Positions 49,937-64,000 of a DNA stretch of 64,000 bases are shown here, piece after piece. This DNA is from Phoronis australis (lineage: Eukaryota > Animalia > Phoronida), in the NCBI GenBank assembly GCA_002633005.1, contig NMRA01000105.1, positions 598,010-662,009 on the forward strand, given 5' to 3'. Position numbers and translations under genes: made by a program. The notes below the pieces were generated by a model. That model had not been told where the DNA came from. It saw only the letters and a list, made by a program, of their open reading frames with translations, and did no database searches. Numbering within the stretch: the stretch's first letter is position 1; each line of letters begins with the position of its first letter.

Positions 49937-52900
49937 CTGGAAAGTAGGACTTATTAATTTATTAGGCACTCAAACGCCCCCTGGACATAGCGTGCGTGCA
50001 CAGATAACACACGCACGACACTCCCTGAGGTAAACACAAGAAACCTTTTCAGGTTTTTGAGTACAGTAACAATGCCTCGGCTTGAAAACAATGTGGCAGA
50101 AATGTGGAATTTTACAATGTGACATATATCTTAGCAATCACTTCATAGCTGTCACAACAGATGTCACTACATGATATTTGGTAAATTGTGAGCACCTGCA
50201 TAAATGTAGCAGCAGTAACAATTGCTCTAGTCCTAAGTACGGAAATTTTTATACAAGAGTACAGTAGACTAAACGTACGACAATCAATTGAATTGAAATT
50301 AGCACACCAAGGCCCATTTTGATTTCAATTCTTAGTTAAAATCTTCTCCACTAGGTGTCGTACATACTTTAGTTACAACTTATTTGTATCCTTTGAACAG
50401 CATTATTCAGTAGTTGGAATGTTTTCATATTTAACAAATTTCCACATCAGATTACGTTGCGTGTGATCCGCGAGCACAGTTGTCACTAGAAAATGATGAC
50501 TATCTCATTTCCATGAAGAAAAACTCAAAGACAAACAAAATAAAATTTTGACACTATTAAATTTTTTTCAAGTTGAAGTTGCTGAGAATTGGTATAGTGA
50601 TAAGTTAACTACACATATTTGAGAGAAAATGAATTGATTGATTTGGCACATAAGAATCTAAATCTAAAACAATCTAATTCCTCCTCAAAGAAATCAAATC
50701 AAATTCCCAATAAAGTGTAAAGTCCCACACCTACATTGATCACATTTAGTTTAGAAAATGACGTGGCAAACAAGTGTCAAATTTTTTTAAAGTGGCTATA
50801 AATCTATGTTCCACCCCAACAGCCCAGCTTTCGAGAAGTCCACTACAGTTACCGAAATTGGTTTCGAATGATTTCTTAGATATTTTTTGAGACTATGATC
50901 CATGCACAAAGCTGTAACAAGCCAACTTGCAGAGCCTGTTCTCAAGAAATAACAAACTGTTAGTTCTGTCGAACCGCTGGAATCATCAACAAGTTGACTA
51001 AGGAACAATATTTGTGAAAATTTCATAGGGGTCCAAATCAAAAGTTGATTTTTGTGATGGAAGGCAGGGTCCAAATATAAAAGTTTTGAAAAGGTTTCAC
51101 TGGTTAGCACTGTACAGCCATCATAAAACAAATGGAAGAAAATTTTCATCATTTTAGCAATGTAGGCAACTTTTGAAATATGTTGCACAATGGCATCTCT
51201 CCGATTGATGGCAGACGGGTAGACTACCGTTCAATAAAAACTTTCAATTCCTTCAATTCAGGTCAAAGCAAACATGAAAGGGTGGATGTGACGAATTCCT
51301 ACTGAGAGGTGAAGGTCACAACTTTTGACGCAAGTCTTAATAGATCACAATTTCCCTTATTATCCCTGGCCATAATACAATGCTATTGATTGTTCCCGGT
51401 TCGTGATTAATTAAGCGTCATGAGTTTGCACTGTTCAGTTACCTTGAACACGGATATTAACAATGGTCAGTACACATCCATTTTACACAACTCAGTCAGC
51501 TAGAATTACGCACGTATAAGATGCAGGTATCTGAGGTAAACTGAATAGGTCACAATACTGAATGAGACATGCATGATTAATTATTAGAACAAGGATGATC
51601 CCAAATTAACATACATCTAGTCACCAGCAATTCGAAATTCTGATAAAACTACAATCATTAACATTCCAGACTGGGGTATTCAGAATCCTCAGGGGGTAAC
51701 AAAACTATTGTCTTCCAGCAAGGATCATGAACCCTTTGTTAAGCTGCGTCTGGTTACACAGTCCAACTGGGACACTCGTATGACTGAAGTCCCGTTTAGA
51801 CATCAACTTTTGGCCCGGCGCAACTGACACGTTCGTGTCACACAACTCACTAACTGCGGCAAGACGGAAATTGTAGGCTGGAGAGTGGATAACACATGCG
51901 TAGGTTTACAAATGACGGGAGTTGAAGAGACAGCGAACCTGTATTTAGGTCATTACACAAGTGCAGTAGAGATGATCCTTTCCGCATTGCCCCAGTTTCG
52001 CATTTAGACACATAATTGACACGGAGCAAGATCTTTTAGCGCAAATTGCTCTACCTCACAAACGGGTGGTAAAAGTTGTCACCATGGAGTCAATTTGCCC
52101 TAGTTCAGTCCCGTTTACACACATACTTGCGCTGGAACAACTCGTTCTGTGTCAGCTGATCCGAGTCAACTTTTGTAGACCGCACTTTAATTGAGCCAGG
52201 TTCACAAGGAACTGCTTTCACTGACCTTGCAGGTCACCTTCAAAAGGCTTTCACCCATGATTTACAACCATCCACAAAATTCTACGCCACTATGCGGACT
52301 AGTTACCCTCTCCAAGCCCAGAATGAATGCTCTCCCTTACGGACAAAAACAGGAAATTAATCCTTGACTGGTTGTGTCAACCAGTTCCTTCCCACCACTC
52401 TTATCTTCATTTAAATTAATTTCATGTTTTTGTTTTTTGTGAATTCTTTTGACTACAATAATAACAGTTGCAAATGAAAATCCCAAGATGGAGGCCATTC
52501 TTCATCACCCATGTCCATCGATTGCTACAAACTATAAATAACATTCCCAGAATTCCACACTCCCAATCACAACCAGGTAATCAATGCTACATGAGCAATA
52601 AACATGACAATCAAGCTTCCGCGACTGTTTACAACAATTAACACGCAGAAAAACAAATGTGTTGAGTATGTTTAAATGGTGATGTACAACTATCAATTAC
52701 AAACTTCCTGCATTAATTGAGGCCAAATATATGTCAAAAGCACAAGCAAAACCGATACAGTATCTGAATGTTCCACATTCTTTACAAGTCCCAACAAGGA
52801 GCATTCAGTTGGATATAGAAGACTTGTAATTTTTTCGTTATGTATCTCATAAGCTCTTGTAAAATAATGTCCATTTTGTCGAGGCAAACAGTATTTCAAA

Positions 52901-54556
52901 ATTGTCACACACACTGCTTCCATCAAGCGATTGTAATTTTTGATGCTAGTAATTGAAATTCTGAAAGTTCAGTTGTTTCTAGGGGAAAGTAAACACCAAT
53001 TTGTGATGATGGCTACAAGTCAAGCAGTCAAGCGCGCAAGCTTAATTTGACAAATCACAAATTTCAAGAAATGAATGGACATAACATGAACATCATGTTT
53101 TTTCAATTCGCTGTTTTCAACTCAGTTGAATTACAAGCAATGGCGAGAGCTGTGGCAAACTGAAGTAGTTCATTTAATATATTCCTCTCAACAGAAACCT
53201 ATTACTTTGTACAGATAAGCTGAGCATAGCTTGACAATAATTTATGGCCCTCTGTTGGCGAGCATGTAAAATACCATGGACAATAAGGTGGGAGTATGTC
53301 GACCTGAAAATTATCAGCATCGTAGGCGGAATGCAGTACGTTTCTTATCTGGCATTGATGTCGCCAAGGGACTGAACAAGTTTTGAAACAACAATGTGGT
53401 GATGTTTCACTGTTATTAGCCCATCACACGAAATGATTAATGGCCAGTTGTTAGAAAAGTATGCGCATCAACATCCAGAGTTGAGATATGGTAATTCTTC
53501 ATCTGCTGAGCACACAGTATGGTAGACAATTAAAACTCCGTTTTGTCAAATTTTGTCACAAAATTAACTGTTAAGAACATTTTGTTGACTTATACTTTGG
53601 TTTGTAGTATGCTGATGGCTGAAGACAGCATTTCGTAAAGTGAACGTTTTTTGCACAATGGTAATCACACTTTGATCATTCTGGCAATTGTTGCTGTGTT
53701 AAATAAGTTCACAATTACCATAACTGTTGAATGCTTCCTGAACTGAAGTAGACTCTCTGGATTAATGAACAGATTATTCTCAAATGCAGTCGTAAAAACA
53801 CTTTGAAATGTCTTGATGTTAATCCAATCTAGTTTGTATAACTAAGTTTACTCAATACAGGGTATCGTTATGTTCACTTTAAATCTAATAATCAATCATA
53901 ATAACTGTCTGATCATTGATTATGAAAACCTGTCAGATTCCCATGACTATCAATTCATAAATAACGTCTAGCTGCAATTGATTCTTAAGTTTCATATTCC
54001 AAAGTAATGCATTGTTGAGAGACTGACAGTTTTGCTAATCTGACCAAGCCCACTCAAGCTCAGTGGTACATCACCTTATTTGATACTTTTCTCCAAGCTT
54101 AATTTCCTTGCTCCCTTGCTAACCATTACTCGGTTAGCTTGAAAATGAGTACTAAAGCTTAATAATAACGGGTGAGTCAACAAGTATTGAAAACGGCAGT
54201 TGGGCTAATAATAATTTCCTAGATTGCGTTCCAATTTTGAAAAGGTTTGCCTCCTTGTAACGATTGCTGAGAAAGGTCGAGTAAGATTGATGCTGGTGAG
54301 AAATGTAATTCAAAATGCATTAGGCAAATCTTATGCTAACAGGATTTACACTCAAGTGGACAAGAAAGCGTGAACTGTTTACCCCAGAGTATCCAGCGAA
54401 TTTCAACACGCCTGTTGAACATACGAGTTTCAAGGTCAAAAAACGAACAATAAGTAAGGCAAATCACCAACTTGACTGTTTTTAAAACTGAAAGTTAAAT
54501 ATTAGCAGTTTTTCGAATTTTGTAAAATCGATGCATTGCAAGAGAACTTAGCAAAC

Positions 54557-54900
54557 AGAATTTCTTCAGCACCATGGCTAAGCCACGAGGATTAATTTGT
54601 GAATTGATTAGGAGAGGTTAGTCACAGTCTGACTTAGGCTCGCTAATAGGCATTGTCGGAAACAAAACCCCAAATGCTACCTTAGTTGTCTGATGAACCG
54701 CCTTCATAAACTTCTGTCACCAAGTAATACTTTCTTACTGACTAGCGATCAAAATAAACATGAGGCAAATCCTATGCAAACATTTGAGATTTTTTACCCC
54801 AATGCCTAAGTGAGGTCAAGCCAGAATGAGACTGGCTCATACTAATCAATTCACAAATTAATGCTCGTGGCTTGCTAAGCCGTGATGCTGAAGTAATTCT
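54557..54900. repeat. inverted-repeat-bounded element (MITE-like)
   Basis: cttcagcac...aagccacgaggattaatttgtgaattgattag vs ctaatcaattcacaaattaatgctcgtggctt...gctgaag. Confidence 0.7.
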
Positions 54901-55104
54901 ACTCTCTAATTTGTCTCATGATTATTGCACATTTTCATGGCCAGCTGACAAATGAAATATCCCATAGCCTGTTGGAAGATGACCAAGCGACTCACATGTA
55001 CACTCAAGAGAACTAAAATAAAGATGTCTAGCACACTGATAGCAAAATTATTAGGGCTCAATTTGGAACCTTGAATAAGGTAGGCTCAAAAAGATTGAGT
55101 AGTA

Positions 55105-55250
55105 TTGGCCAAGCTTGAATAACATTGTATAAGCTTGAATAATATTGGCTAAGCTTGAATAATACTGGCTAAGCTTGAATAATATTGGTGAAGCTTGAAT
55201 AATATTGGTGAAGCTTGAATAATATTGGTGAAGCTTTTGAGCTTGAATAT
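55105..55250. repeat. 20-bp minisatellite (aagcttgaataatattggct/gtg), about 7 copies
   Basis: Seen directly, about 65 bp inside the intron from the donor at 55315. Confidence 0.9.
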
Positions 55251-55315
55251 CATTACTTAGTAAGGATTATTCCAGCTGGATAAATTTTGTGTAAAAGAAT
55301 TCTAAATATACAAAC

Positions 55316-55504
55316 CGTCACGGTTCAACTGATTCTTGTACTCCTGCAGAGGGTGAACCCCAAATGGGAAGTTGACAAAGAAGTGGTTCGGTGATAGGAC
55401 AGCTGTGATGTCAACGACGACCCATGAGCCCTCAGTAGGCAGACGTACACCATGCTCACTATCAGTGGCAGAAAAAACAAGGTCTTTGTCTGTAGTAACT
55501 GCAC
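55316..55504 (-). CDS. Krimper-like Tudor protein exon: start of extended Tudor domain (189 nt, phase 1-1)
   Basis: ccttag acceptor, G|gtttgt donor; GAVTTDKDLVF...LPTEGSWVVVDITAVLSPNHFFVNFPFG has the typical eTudor N-terminal beta-strands (V.IT.V.SP..F.V). Confidence 0.87.
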
Positions 55505-57094
55505 CTAAGGTCAAAATTGCGATGAGTTCATTGAACCTGTGCAAAAGATATTAGCAATCAACAATAAAATTCAACTTAAGAGCAAAATTAAATGAAAAGG
55601 CAAATATAAATTAACAGGAGCAATGTGGAATGTTGAAAGGTGTCCATGACTGCACTGTAAATGGCAAGCTTCAAAGGGTATTTATAAGTAATAAATTGCT
55701 ATTACATAACACACACCAGGTCAAACCATCAAAAAATTGAAAAGTGTCGTGGTCTGTCAAAAAGAAAACTATTTGCAAATTAAATTTCATGAAAATCCAT
55801 AATAAACAGAGATACAGAGGTAAATGTGAAAAAATGCCATTTGGTGGCAAAGTGGTAGTTGGAGTTGTCCATCTGTTGTCAAGTTAACAGGGATACACAA
55901 ATTTCCAAAAGATCTTTCAAAGGTTTGGGAGATACAGCCACAGATGCAAAAAATGCCACCACGTGGCACAACAACAGTTGCACCCATCTCAAAATTCATG
56001 TCAGTTGTGCTCCTGTCAGCAGGAACATACTCTGCCAATTTTCAAGATGATCCCAAAGAGCTATTCGATGGATAAAATTGCAGATGACAAAAGATTGAAA
56101 ATAAGAAAAATGGCCCCCAAGTGGCACAGAATATGTCGAATCCATCTGAAAACAGAAACACTTCAAATTTCATTGAAATCCGTGAAGGAACACAGCAGAA
56201 GACACAGAGGCAAATGGAAAAAACAACTATACAGAAAGAGAGAGACATCAATAAGCAACCACAAAAAATGTGGGCAACAAAAATGAACAATTTCCATGTG
56301 GCAAATGCCACCAGTACTGGATCAAAGTTGACAGCGCCAGTTAACCTCTCAGTAACCAGGTGGATTTAAGGTTGACGTTGAAGTGCAGCATGAATGGTCA
56401 ACTTCGCGGTCTCATCAAAGTTGTCGCTATGGGTCACTTTCATCGTCAATAATTAAAGGGCAGTGTCGGTACTAATAATTGCTTATATTTTGCTCGAACA
56501 TTCACTAATCAAATTAGAAATAAGTTTTATGTCAATAAGCAACCACAAATATTCTCAAACTGTCACATTAGCGTGTATGGAATGCATCACCGCCACCTTG
56601 CGAATATTTTGATGACAGCATCTCCTAACGTTTACTTCGACGCCATTAACTACCGAAGTCGATATGAACAATTCTATTAACTTCGCAGTTTACCTCGAAG
56701 TTCCTCTCATACCAGAGTTAAGTTAATATGAAAGGGCCTTAAGTAAGATGTACACAAGATGTGAGCCTACAAACATTCTAACACAAAAATATGATTAGAC
56801 ATGCCTATTTCCAAGGTATGTATATATTTCAATTAAATGAAGAAAAAGATCTGAAACAATGTAATTATTCACTCATTTTGCAAAAAAATAAAATGCTAAA
56901 ATGATTATCTTCCACTTTTCAGTGGCTGGTTATCTTCTTGCAAATAGGAGTTTTAACAGGTTTTGTTTTAATTATGACATCTACACACAGCAAACCTTTC
57001 TTGTAATAGACTGAAATATTTTTGATCATTACTCCTAAGGAAAAAGTGAACAAAACAGAATGTGACTTGTCGACCACATTGCATGTTGAGTAAG

Positions 57095-57252
57095 TGAACA
57101 ATAGCTGTATATAGTAAACGAGCCTTTCTATACAAAGTGCAGGACACAACCAGATAGTAATATTGATAATGAACAATAGCTGTATATAGTAAACGAGCCT
57201 TTCTATACAAAGTGCAGGACACAACCAGATAGTAATATTGATAATGAACAAT
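57095..57252. repeat. 75-bp tandem duplication
   Basis: tgaacaatagctgtatatagtaaacgagcctttctatacaaagtgcaggacacaaccagatagtaatattgataa x2. Confidence 0.9.
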
Positions 57253-57949
57253 AACCATACCTAACTCACACATTACAGTAAAAGTTAACAACATATTGCA
57301 ACATGTCCATTACACAATAACAGTAAAAAACGGAAGTTCACACAAATTCCGTATCCCTGCTCCACAATACACCTCTGTTGTGCCCACTTCGGCACCGATT
57401 TGGTCTAAGACAGCACACCTTGCCTTTATTCAGATTAGAGTGCTCTTTTTTTCTCATGGACCGACTGGAGGCTTGCCAGTTTAGCATTGGCCTTTGGCCT
57501 AGGTGATGTCAAGGTTGTTGGCTTAATCGCCTGGGTGGCGAAAGTCCATGGGCTTAATTTCACTCCCTCCGGCTTCCACCGCTTAACGTTTTTGATACTC
57601 GGCTATGCGGCAATTATCGCCTAAGTTTTGTCACATTTCGCCCGTGTTTGTCACAAGAAAATCCCTGCACCCCTCCTTCGAATTTTCTTTCTACATGACG
57701 TTATGCGGGCACACCCCGATGTTGAAAAACCAATTATTTCGCCTTAGTACAAGACTCGACTGTTTACAAACAAAGAAAGCTTACCGAGTGCGGTGCTAAG
57801 TTCTATACCTTTCAACCCATAATAAGGAATGAAAATAGGACGTGTAGCTATATCCCACAACACTGCCCAATATACAAGGCATTACCTATGAGAAAGTACG
57901 GGTAACATCTAGTAACATCATGCTCAATTTTTACACATACAAGGAAATA

Positions 57950-58109
57950 TGGTAAACTCACGAGTTAACGCCTTGGGCGCTTAAATTGGAAAACCCTGAG
58001 ACAGGGAAGTGGGCGATTACCTAAGCAGTGGGCGCTTAAGCCCGAAAATTGGCAAAAAGCCGGGGATAGCCATCTAAATGGGCATGGGCGTTAACTCGCG
58101 AGTTTACGG
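57950..58109. mobile_element. MITE related to 17697-17855
   Basis: GTAAACTCACGAGTTAACGCC ... GGCGTTAACTCGCGAGTTTACGG|TA with a similar interior. Confidence 0.75.
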
Positions 58110-60590
58110 TATAAAATGGAAAAATACAAAAAAGCCGGAATCTAATTGAACCTTAAATATTTATTTCTTATAATTTCTGTTCTAATTTGGTATAATTTTA
58201 AGATGTCTACTATTCTCACTGTATATTATATTTTACAATTAGGATGATTGTATAATCACTAAGTACACTTGATGAACAAAGCATTAAGGCTATTAGATTG
58301 AGTCTGAACTCGAAATTTTGAGTTTTTACTCAAAGTTTCGAATTTATACTGGAGTTTGCAGCTCAAATCTAAGGAACATCAAGACTAAAACAATGGTTTG
58401 CGTGATCACTCAATGATAGAATAATAAATAGTTATCTGAGTTAGTATTAAAAAAGAATGGTAAATATCAAATATGTTTTTGAGTTTGAGGGTAAAAAGAT
58501 TAGACCCCGGCCTAGATCTTTAGCCTCTGTTTTCAAGTGAACTACCCAACACACATTTTGAAATTATTTCCTTACAATCTTTAAAACCACCACAAACACT
58601 TCATAGTTCAACACAGACATGTTGAAACAACACAAACAAATGTTAGTACCAACAATAACAGATGATCCCTATACTTGTACTTGTGTAACATGCCAGGAAA
58701 AGCCTTTTGACTAGATACAGTGTTAGTTAAATTTATAGTTCTTGCACAGTTGTGAACATGACTGCAGAAAAGACAACAAAAAGTCAACACAGGGTTTAAT
58801 TTTTGTCTGGAAATGAGTGATTTTCAAAGGGTCTGAGATATCAGCAATATACAGGCGTGACCCAAATGTGATCAAAATTGCAGGAGCTAGAGCGATGACA
58901 AGCTTTAACAAAAAAAAAACAACAACAACAAAAGGCATATTTTTGTCAAAAAAACACACTTAATTTAAACAAGATCTGACACATGAGAGTTATACATCTA
59001 CAAGTCAAATTTGATCAAAATCCAATCAAAATAACAGGAGTTAGAGTGATGAAAATTTTAAAGAGCACTAACAAGTTACAGATAGACATGCAGATCATAA
59101 CAGTGTATTAGGACGAGCGCAATGACCGACACAAATGGTAAGAGCAATGTTCATATAATACCGGATCTGCAATAACAGCTCTGATAATCACGACGGCATG
59201 AGGGTAAATTTATGAAACAAAGGTGTGTGAATTGCATGACGTACTGTGAGCACGATTGACGACATTGTGCAAAACATAGCTCAGTTTTGCGTCACAGGAA
59301 GATCGCAAATAATACTGATGCCTAAATCCCAGCCAGAGAAGTCTCAATCGAAAACTTGAGTGTATCGAAATAAAGTTGAGGTAAAATGTCACAAATTTAA
59401 GACACAATATGGCCGACAGGGGAAACTTTTCATTTTTCTCATTTTTTCCATTAATAACGCATAGTACGAAAATGATCCTTTTTGTGTTTGTTATATAAAT
59501 ACCCTAACAAACAACGGACAGTATTTTGAAGAAGTTCGGGCATTACCGCCAGTGTTAGAAGCCCTCGAAAAAGGAAGACAGTGCTGTTTTGTCAAAATAT
59601 GACCAGATTTCAATGTAGTTTGGAATCAAAATTGCGTCACAATGAGCAAAACAATTGGAGGTGGGTATTAAAATGAGCATTTAAAAGTTAAAATATGGGG
59701 TTGACAGATGAGTACAATGGCTACCTTCACCCCCAAGGACGGACATTTTGCATTTTTGAAAAATAAACTTATTGCACCATTACATAGAGTTTAAGAGTTC
59801 TATCCAATTTTTTGAGTTAGATAAACTTATCCTCACCCCCAGGACTGGATTAATTAAAATACATAGTTTACAAAAAAGGAATAAAAATATTGAGGTAAGT
59901 AGGGTGGGATTATTTTGCCCAGATGAATTTTTTTCAGCTGTTCAAGGTCTTAATATTTGTGATTTGCCACTAAAATGGAAATGTCATATTGGAAACAACA
60001 ACAATACAAAGGGCCGAAAAGCTTAACTGAAAGTAAAATTATGTCATCAAGCAGACACTTCATTATGCAAGAACAGTTCATCTTCTTTTTACTTCAGTCA
60101 CCGTTCAGCAGTGCACCAAATAATAAATTTGATGTTCTCTTACTTTTCACAGATCGATATTCAAACAATTACAATAACCCAGACATACACTTGCCAGTTA
60201 AATAGACCCTTTCATACTAACGTCGACGCGTCAATGTTTTGGGGAACTGTGGTCAGCATGAAGGTTAACTTCCGTCCTGGATCGAAGTTAACAGCGCTTC
60301 TTTACTTTGCATTAAATTGGTGGAGTTAACAGAGAAGCAACGACACTGGAGTGCGGTGTGAACGGTCAACTTCGGTCTCATTAAAGTTATTGACATGGGC
60401 CATAGCTATTGTCAACAATTAAAGGGTAGTGCTGCTGCTAATAACTCCAATAATCACCAATCGAATTAGAAATACCTTATATGTTAATTATTACATGTAA
60501 ATGTTCTGAAATAATCACATTAAAAAATGTTATCAGGAATGGGATGCATCAGCGCTACCTTTGGAGTTAAAATAGTATGAAATGACAAAC

Positions 60591-60689
60591 CTTTCGGTGA
60601 TATAGAATGTTCCCATGGACATAGCTCCCCACGATAGCAACCTTCCCTGGTATTATAGAATTTACAGATACGACGCTCATCATTAGCCT
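60591..60689 (-). CDS. CCCH zinc-finger exon of Krimper-like Tudor protein (99 nt, phase 1-1)
   Basis: catttcag acceptor, G|gtttgt donor; ANDERRICKFYNTREGCYRGELCPWEHSISPK = C-x8-C-x5-C-x3-H; not in the ORF track. Confidence 0.88.
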
Positions 60690-63600
60690 CTGAAATGAAG
60701 ATACAAACATTGATTAAAACAAATTAGGCTACCAATTAGTAATTTAATTTGTAAAATCTGAAATTGTATTCTTTGACAAAATGAAGTGTTAAACGATTGT
60801 GAAATAAATGTACATGTTCTAGGGCACATAATTACAACAGTAAATCTCCACTTTTTTCGCACAAAAATCACCACCCAATGGTTGTTTTTCCATTTTTCAA
60901 ATGCTGATTACCTTGCAGCAAATGGAAAATTTACCAGATATCGTTTTATGATATCAAATCCTGCTGGTAAAAGTAAACTGTTCATTCATCTTCACTTGTG
61001 TGAAGAATTTTGACAAAAAAGAATTTTACATTTCGGCCATATTGAGTGCCAAAAAAGGGAAGACCATAACAAGCGTATCCCATATATTGCTAAATGTCGA
61101 ATGGGGCTAGGCATAGTGGACAGGTTTTCATGACTTTGTTGCCATGACAACTGTACCTTTTTGGATACATATACCGCACCACCAAGAGGTTAATTTTGGA
61201 TAATTTTAGATTTGTACACCAAATGTAGTAGACAGAATGCTTCAATATCTAGCTTCTTATTACCAAATAAGCAAAATGACACCAGGGCAATAAAATACTA
61301 GCTGAAATAAATCAAACTATCAGGGAAAAAATTGATTATTTTCCATCTGCTCGACTTCTAGAATTGAATTCCCATGAAAAGTTAGGTTGGTTAGTTTAAT
61401 TCAGACGAAATTCGATAATTTTAGCAAAAAACGACGCCATCTCTTGTTTTGTTGACCAAAGGATACATGTGGTCATTCAGGTTTATGATTTGTGAAACCT
61501 AACAAAAGATCGCTAGAACCTTCACAACAGACCCGGTTGACCTTGGTAACGCGCTTTCGTGTGGAGTTGAAACTGTAACAGGGAATCTGCACAATAATGG
61601 GCAATGAACAGTGATTGAGACTTATATGTTTAACCACATGTATTCATGAGACACTTTAACCACATTATATAAACATCTAGCTGTTCTTACATGAGGGACA
61701 GTTGTCACAGGATGGGACGACTTGTTCCACTTTGGTCACATTTACACAACATTATATCGCAAACTGGATCAGCATGAGTCACTTACACGAAGAATTTGTA
61801 TGTTCGTGCTCACATAGACAATTATAGCAAGAAAGTTCAAACCACGTGGAATGCTAGATGATCACCCCAGTATACACCATTGTGCAAGCGCATTGAGAGA
61901 TGATTGATTTCTGCCCTGCCCAAGTTGTGTTTAGATGTGAAGTTGACACTAGAGGAACTGATCAAGTGTACCTCACTGTACCAATCAAACCGGTGTCAAA
62001 AACTAGCCATCGCAGTGTCACTTGCTCCGTGTATGTCGTGTTTTACACACACATTTGCACCGGAGCAGCTGCTCCGTGTTAGCTGATACTAGCGATTAAT
62101 AACAACAACAAAACAACAGAAAAAGTACACAAATGCAATGCAAGATTATTTAAAATCGTACATTAAATGTATTTTACATTGATTTGTACACATGGAGTGT
62201 GAATACTCAGAACCACCAAGATGCAAGATGCCACTAGACATTGTATGACAGTTTCACATGATGGTTACATCTGTTTCAGTTGTTTTTTCCCCGATTCTAA
62301 TGGTTTTATGTGTGAATAAAGGCAGGAGAAAAGGGTATAACAACTACCATGGAAACCAGACTAATCACTACCGTGGCATAGAAGGCGTAACAAAGCGGTA
62401 TAATGCTATGAACATTATGCACTACAATGACTCAGTGACTTGATGTGAGGAGTTTCTTAACTTACAAGATTGTCAAACAGTCAAAAAATACTATTTCTAA
62501 ACCCACAAAACACCAGTATTTCTTGGATGCACTGTCACCACAATAAAGCCCATTAAGACAACTAAGAAAAGGAATACCAGATGGTTGAAAAAGCTTGGTT
62601 GAATAGCTAATACCAGTTACTCTTTGCAACAAATGTCAAAGCTGTTAGAAAGCTATTAATAATGAAAATAATCAAGTGCGTGATAACACTTATAGTAACA
62701 TGTAAAGTGATCATTTAACTCCAGCAAGTTGAACTCATTGTATTAACCTGTGCTTGCCATGGCGTTGCTTCAGCACAGTAGCAGTAACAAAGATAACAAA
62801 GCCTGATTTCAACGTGTTCCACCAGTTTTCCTGCATACTATTCTGACCAGGTATATGATAAAGGCACATAAAGGTAGTTGTATGGTTGGAATACGCGATG
62901 ACAGATTCAAGTCCTGAAATTATATTTTTTAATTTGAATATCTTAAAAAGAGCAATGTAATGTTAAAATGTGACCACCTGATACACATCGCACACAGGGC
63001 AGATACAGGACAACATAGGTTAGTACTATTAACTTAGCGATAATTCATTCCAAAGGTAACCTTTTACAGAGTAACTCCTAGTGTGGATGGCACTTAGCAT
63101 AGGAACATTTAAGTGGGCAAAGGGCCACTGCAGATGGAGACCAACGAGCTGAGCTATCTGTCTCATGTGAACCATAGCTGAGATGACAATTCACATCATT
63201 GCAACAATATACGACAATAATCGAAAGCACTAGCTATATGTTCATTCAACTATTCTCTCCTAGACGTAATTCGACTGTTACCTCAACCATGAAGAATTCA
63301 ATTGAGGCAGGCATCTCAGCCACCTCCCTCAGTCTGCATTGGTCGCATTAGGGTTCTAAATGGCTAACCTCAATGCACACATCTATTCACTTAGGCAGGA
63401 CCCTTGCTTCACTATCACCACCTAATTAAGTGCAAGTGCCAGTTGGAAGATGTGATCTCCATAATTTGATTTAAAACAAAACAAGCCAAATTCACTGATT
63501 TCAAAGCTTAAATTTCCTCAAATAAAATTGTTGACACTTTCACTTTCTGGTGTTCAAACTTTAATAAATCAGGCTTCCTCAAGTAAAAAGGACTTTACCT

Positions 63601-64000
63601 GGCATGACCTAACATGAAGCCATAACCATGAACCTCATTAAGATAGATGATTATGAATAAGTGATGGAAGGTACACACAACAATCACCGCGTAACCTTAT
63701 CTGATATGTTTGCATACTTCTCTGCGAAGGTTGAACCTTCTACATTTAGCACGGTAAAATCTCGCCAACACAATATGTCTGACAAGTGGAGCTTTTAAAT
63801 TTCGTCACTCTTTCATGAAAGGCAAAAAGCACCAATTAACATTTTATAGTGTTCCACAACTTAGCTTAACCATCGGACAATGCTTTGAGAAACTGTGAGC
63901 AACGACTACGTTAGAAAGATTTGAAAAATGAAAATAAACAAGAATTTTGAAAATTATTTTAGTACAAAATTGGTGCGACTTTACTGCAGTCAGCATGTAA

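Noticed and set aside
55105-55250. Short direct repeats as a CRISPR array
   Set aside because: Head-to-tail 20-bp units with no unique spacers, no cas genes, eukaryotic intron context.
55963-56369. Overlapping 82-107 aa ORFs
   Set aside because: Products of purine/pyrimidine-biased intronic sequence; no motifs, and no additional exon is needed between 60591 and 55504.
60690-64000. Upstream exons of the Tudor gene
   Set aside because: Several donor-like sites exist but none gave an open, motif-bearing exon; they probably lie outside the window or were missed.

Overview
AT-rich, repeat-rich eukaryotic (animal, probably invertebrate) draft-assembly DNA with N gaps at 682-776 and 32842-33385 and single-n joins at 4188, 7859, 13397, 17239, 22773 and 46887. 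Two spliced genes could be reconstructed by hand with consistent intron phases, arranged tail-to-tail. (1) On the + strand, a C12orf56/DUF4551-family gene runs from ATG 4065 to stop 34271 in 8 exons. The 3' half of exon 1 is apparently lost at the n at 4188, and exon 3 occurs twice inside a 1.5-kb tandem duplication. (2) On the - strand lies the 3' part (6 exons, 60689 to 39009) of a CCCH zinc finger + extended Tudor protein with Krimper-like (piRNA/nuage) architecture; its 5' exons were not found. Introns and flanks are filled with non-autonomous TIR elements/MITEs (several nested), degenerate L1/Tx1, CR1/L2 and Penelope fragments, a tRNA-derived SINE and short tandem repeats. No prokaryotic-type system, CRISPR array or intact transposon was seen. 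Protein family assignments rest on motif recognition from memory, not on database searches.
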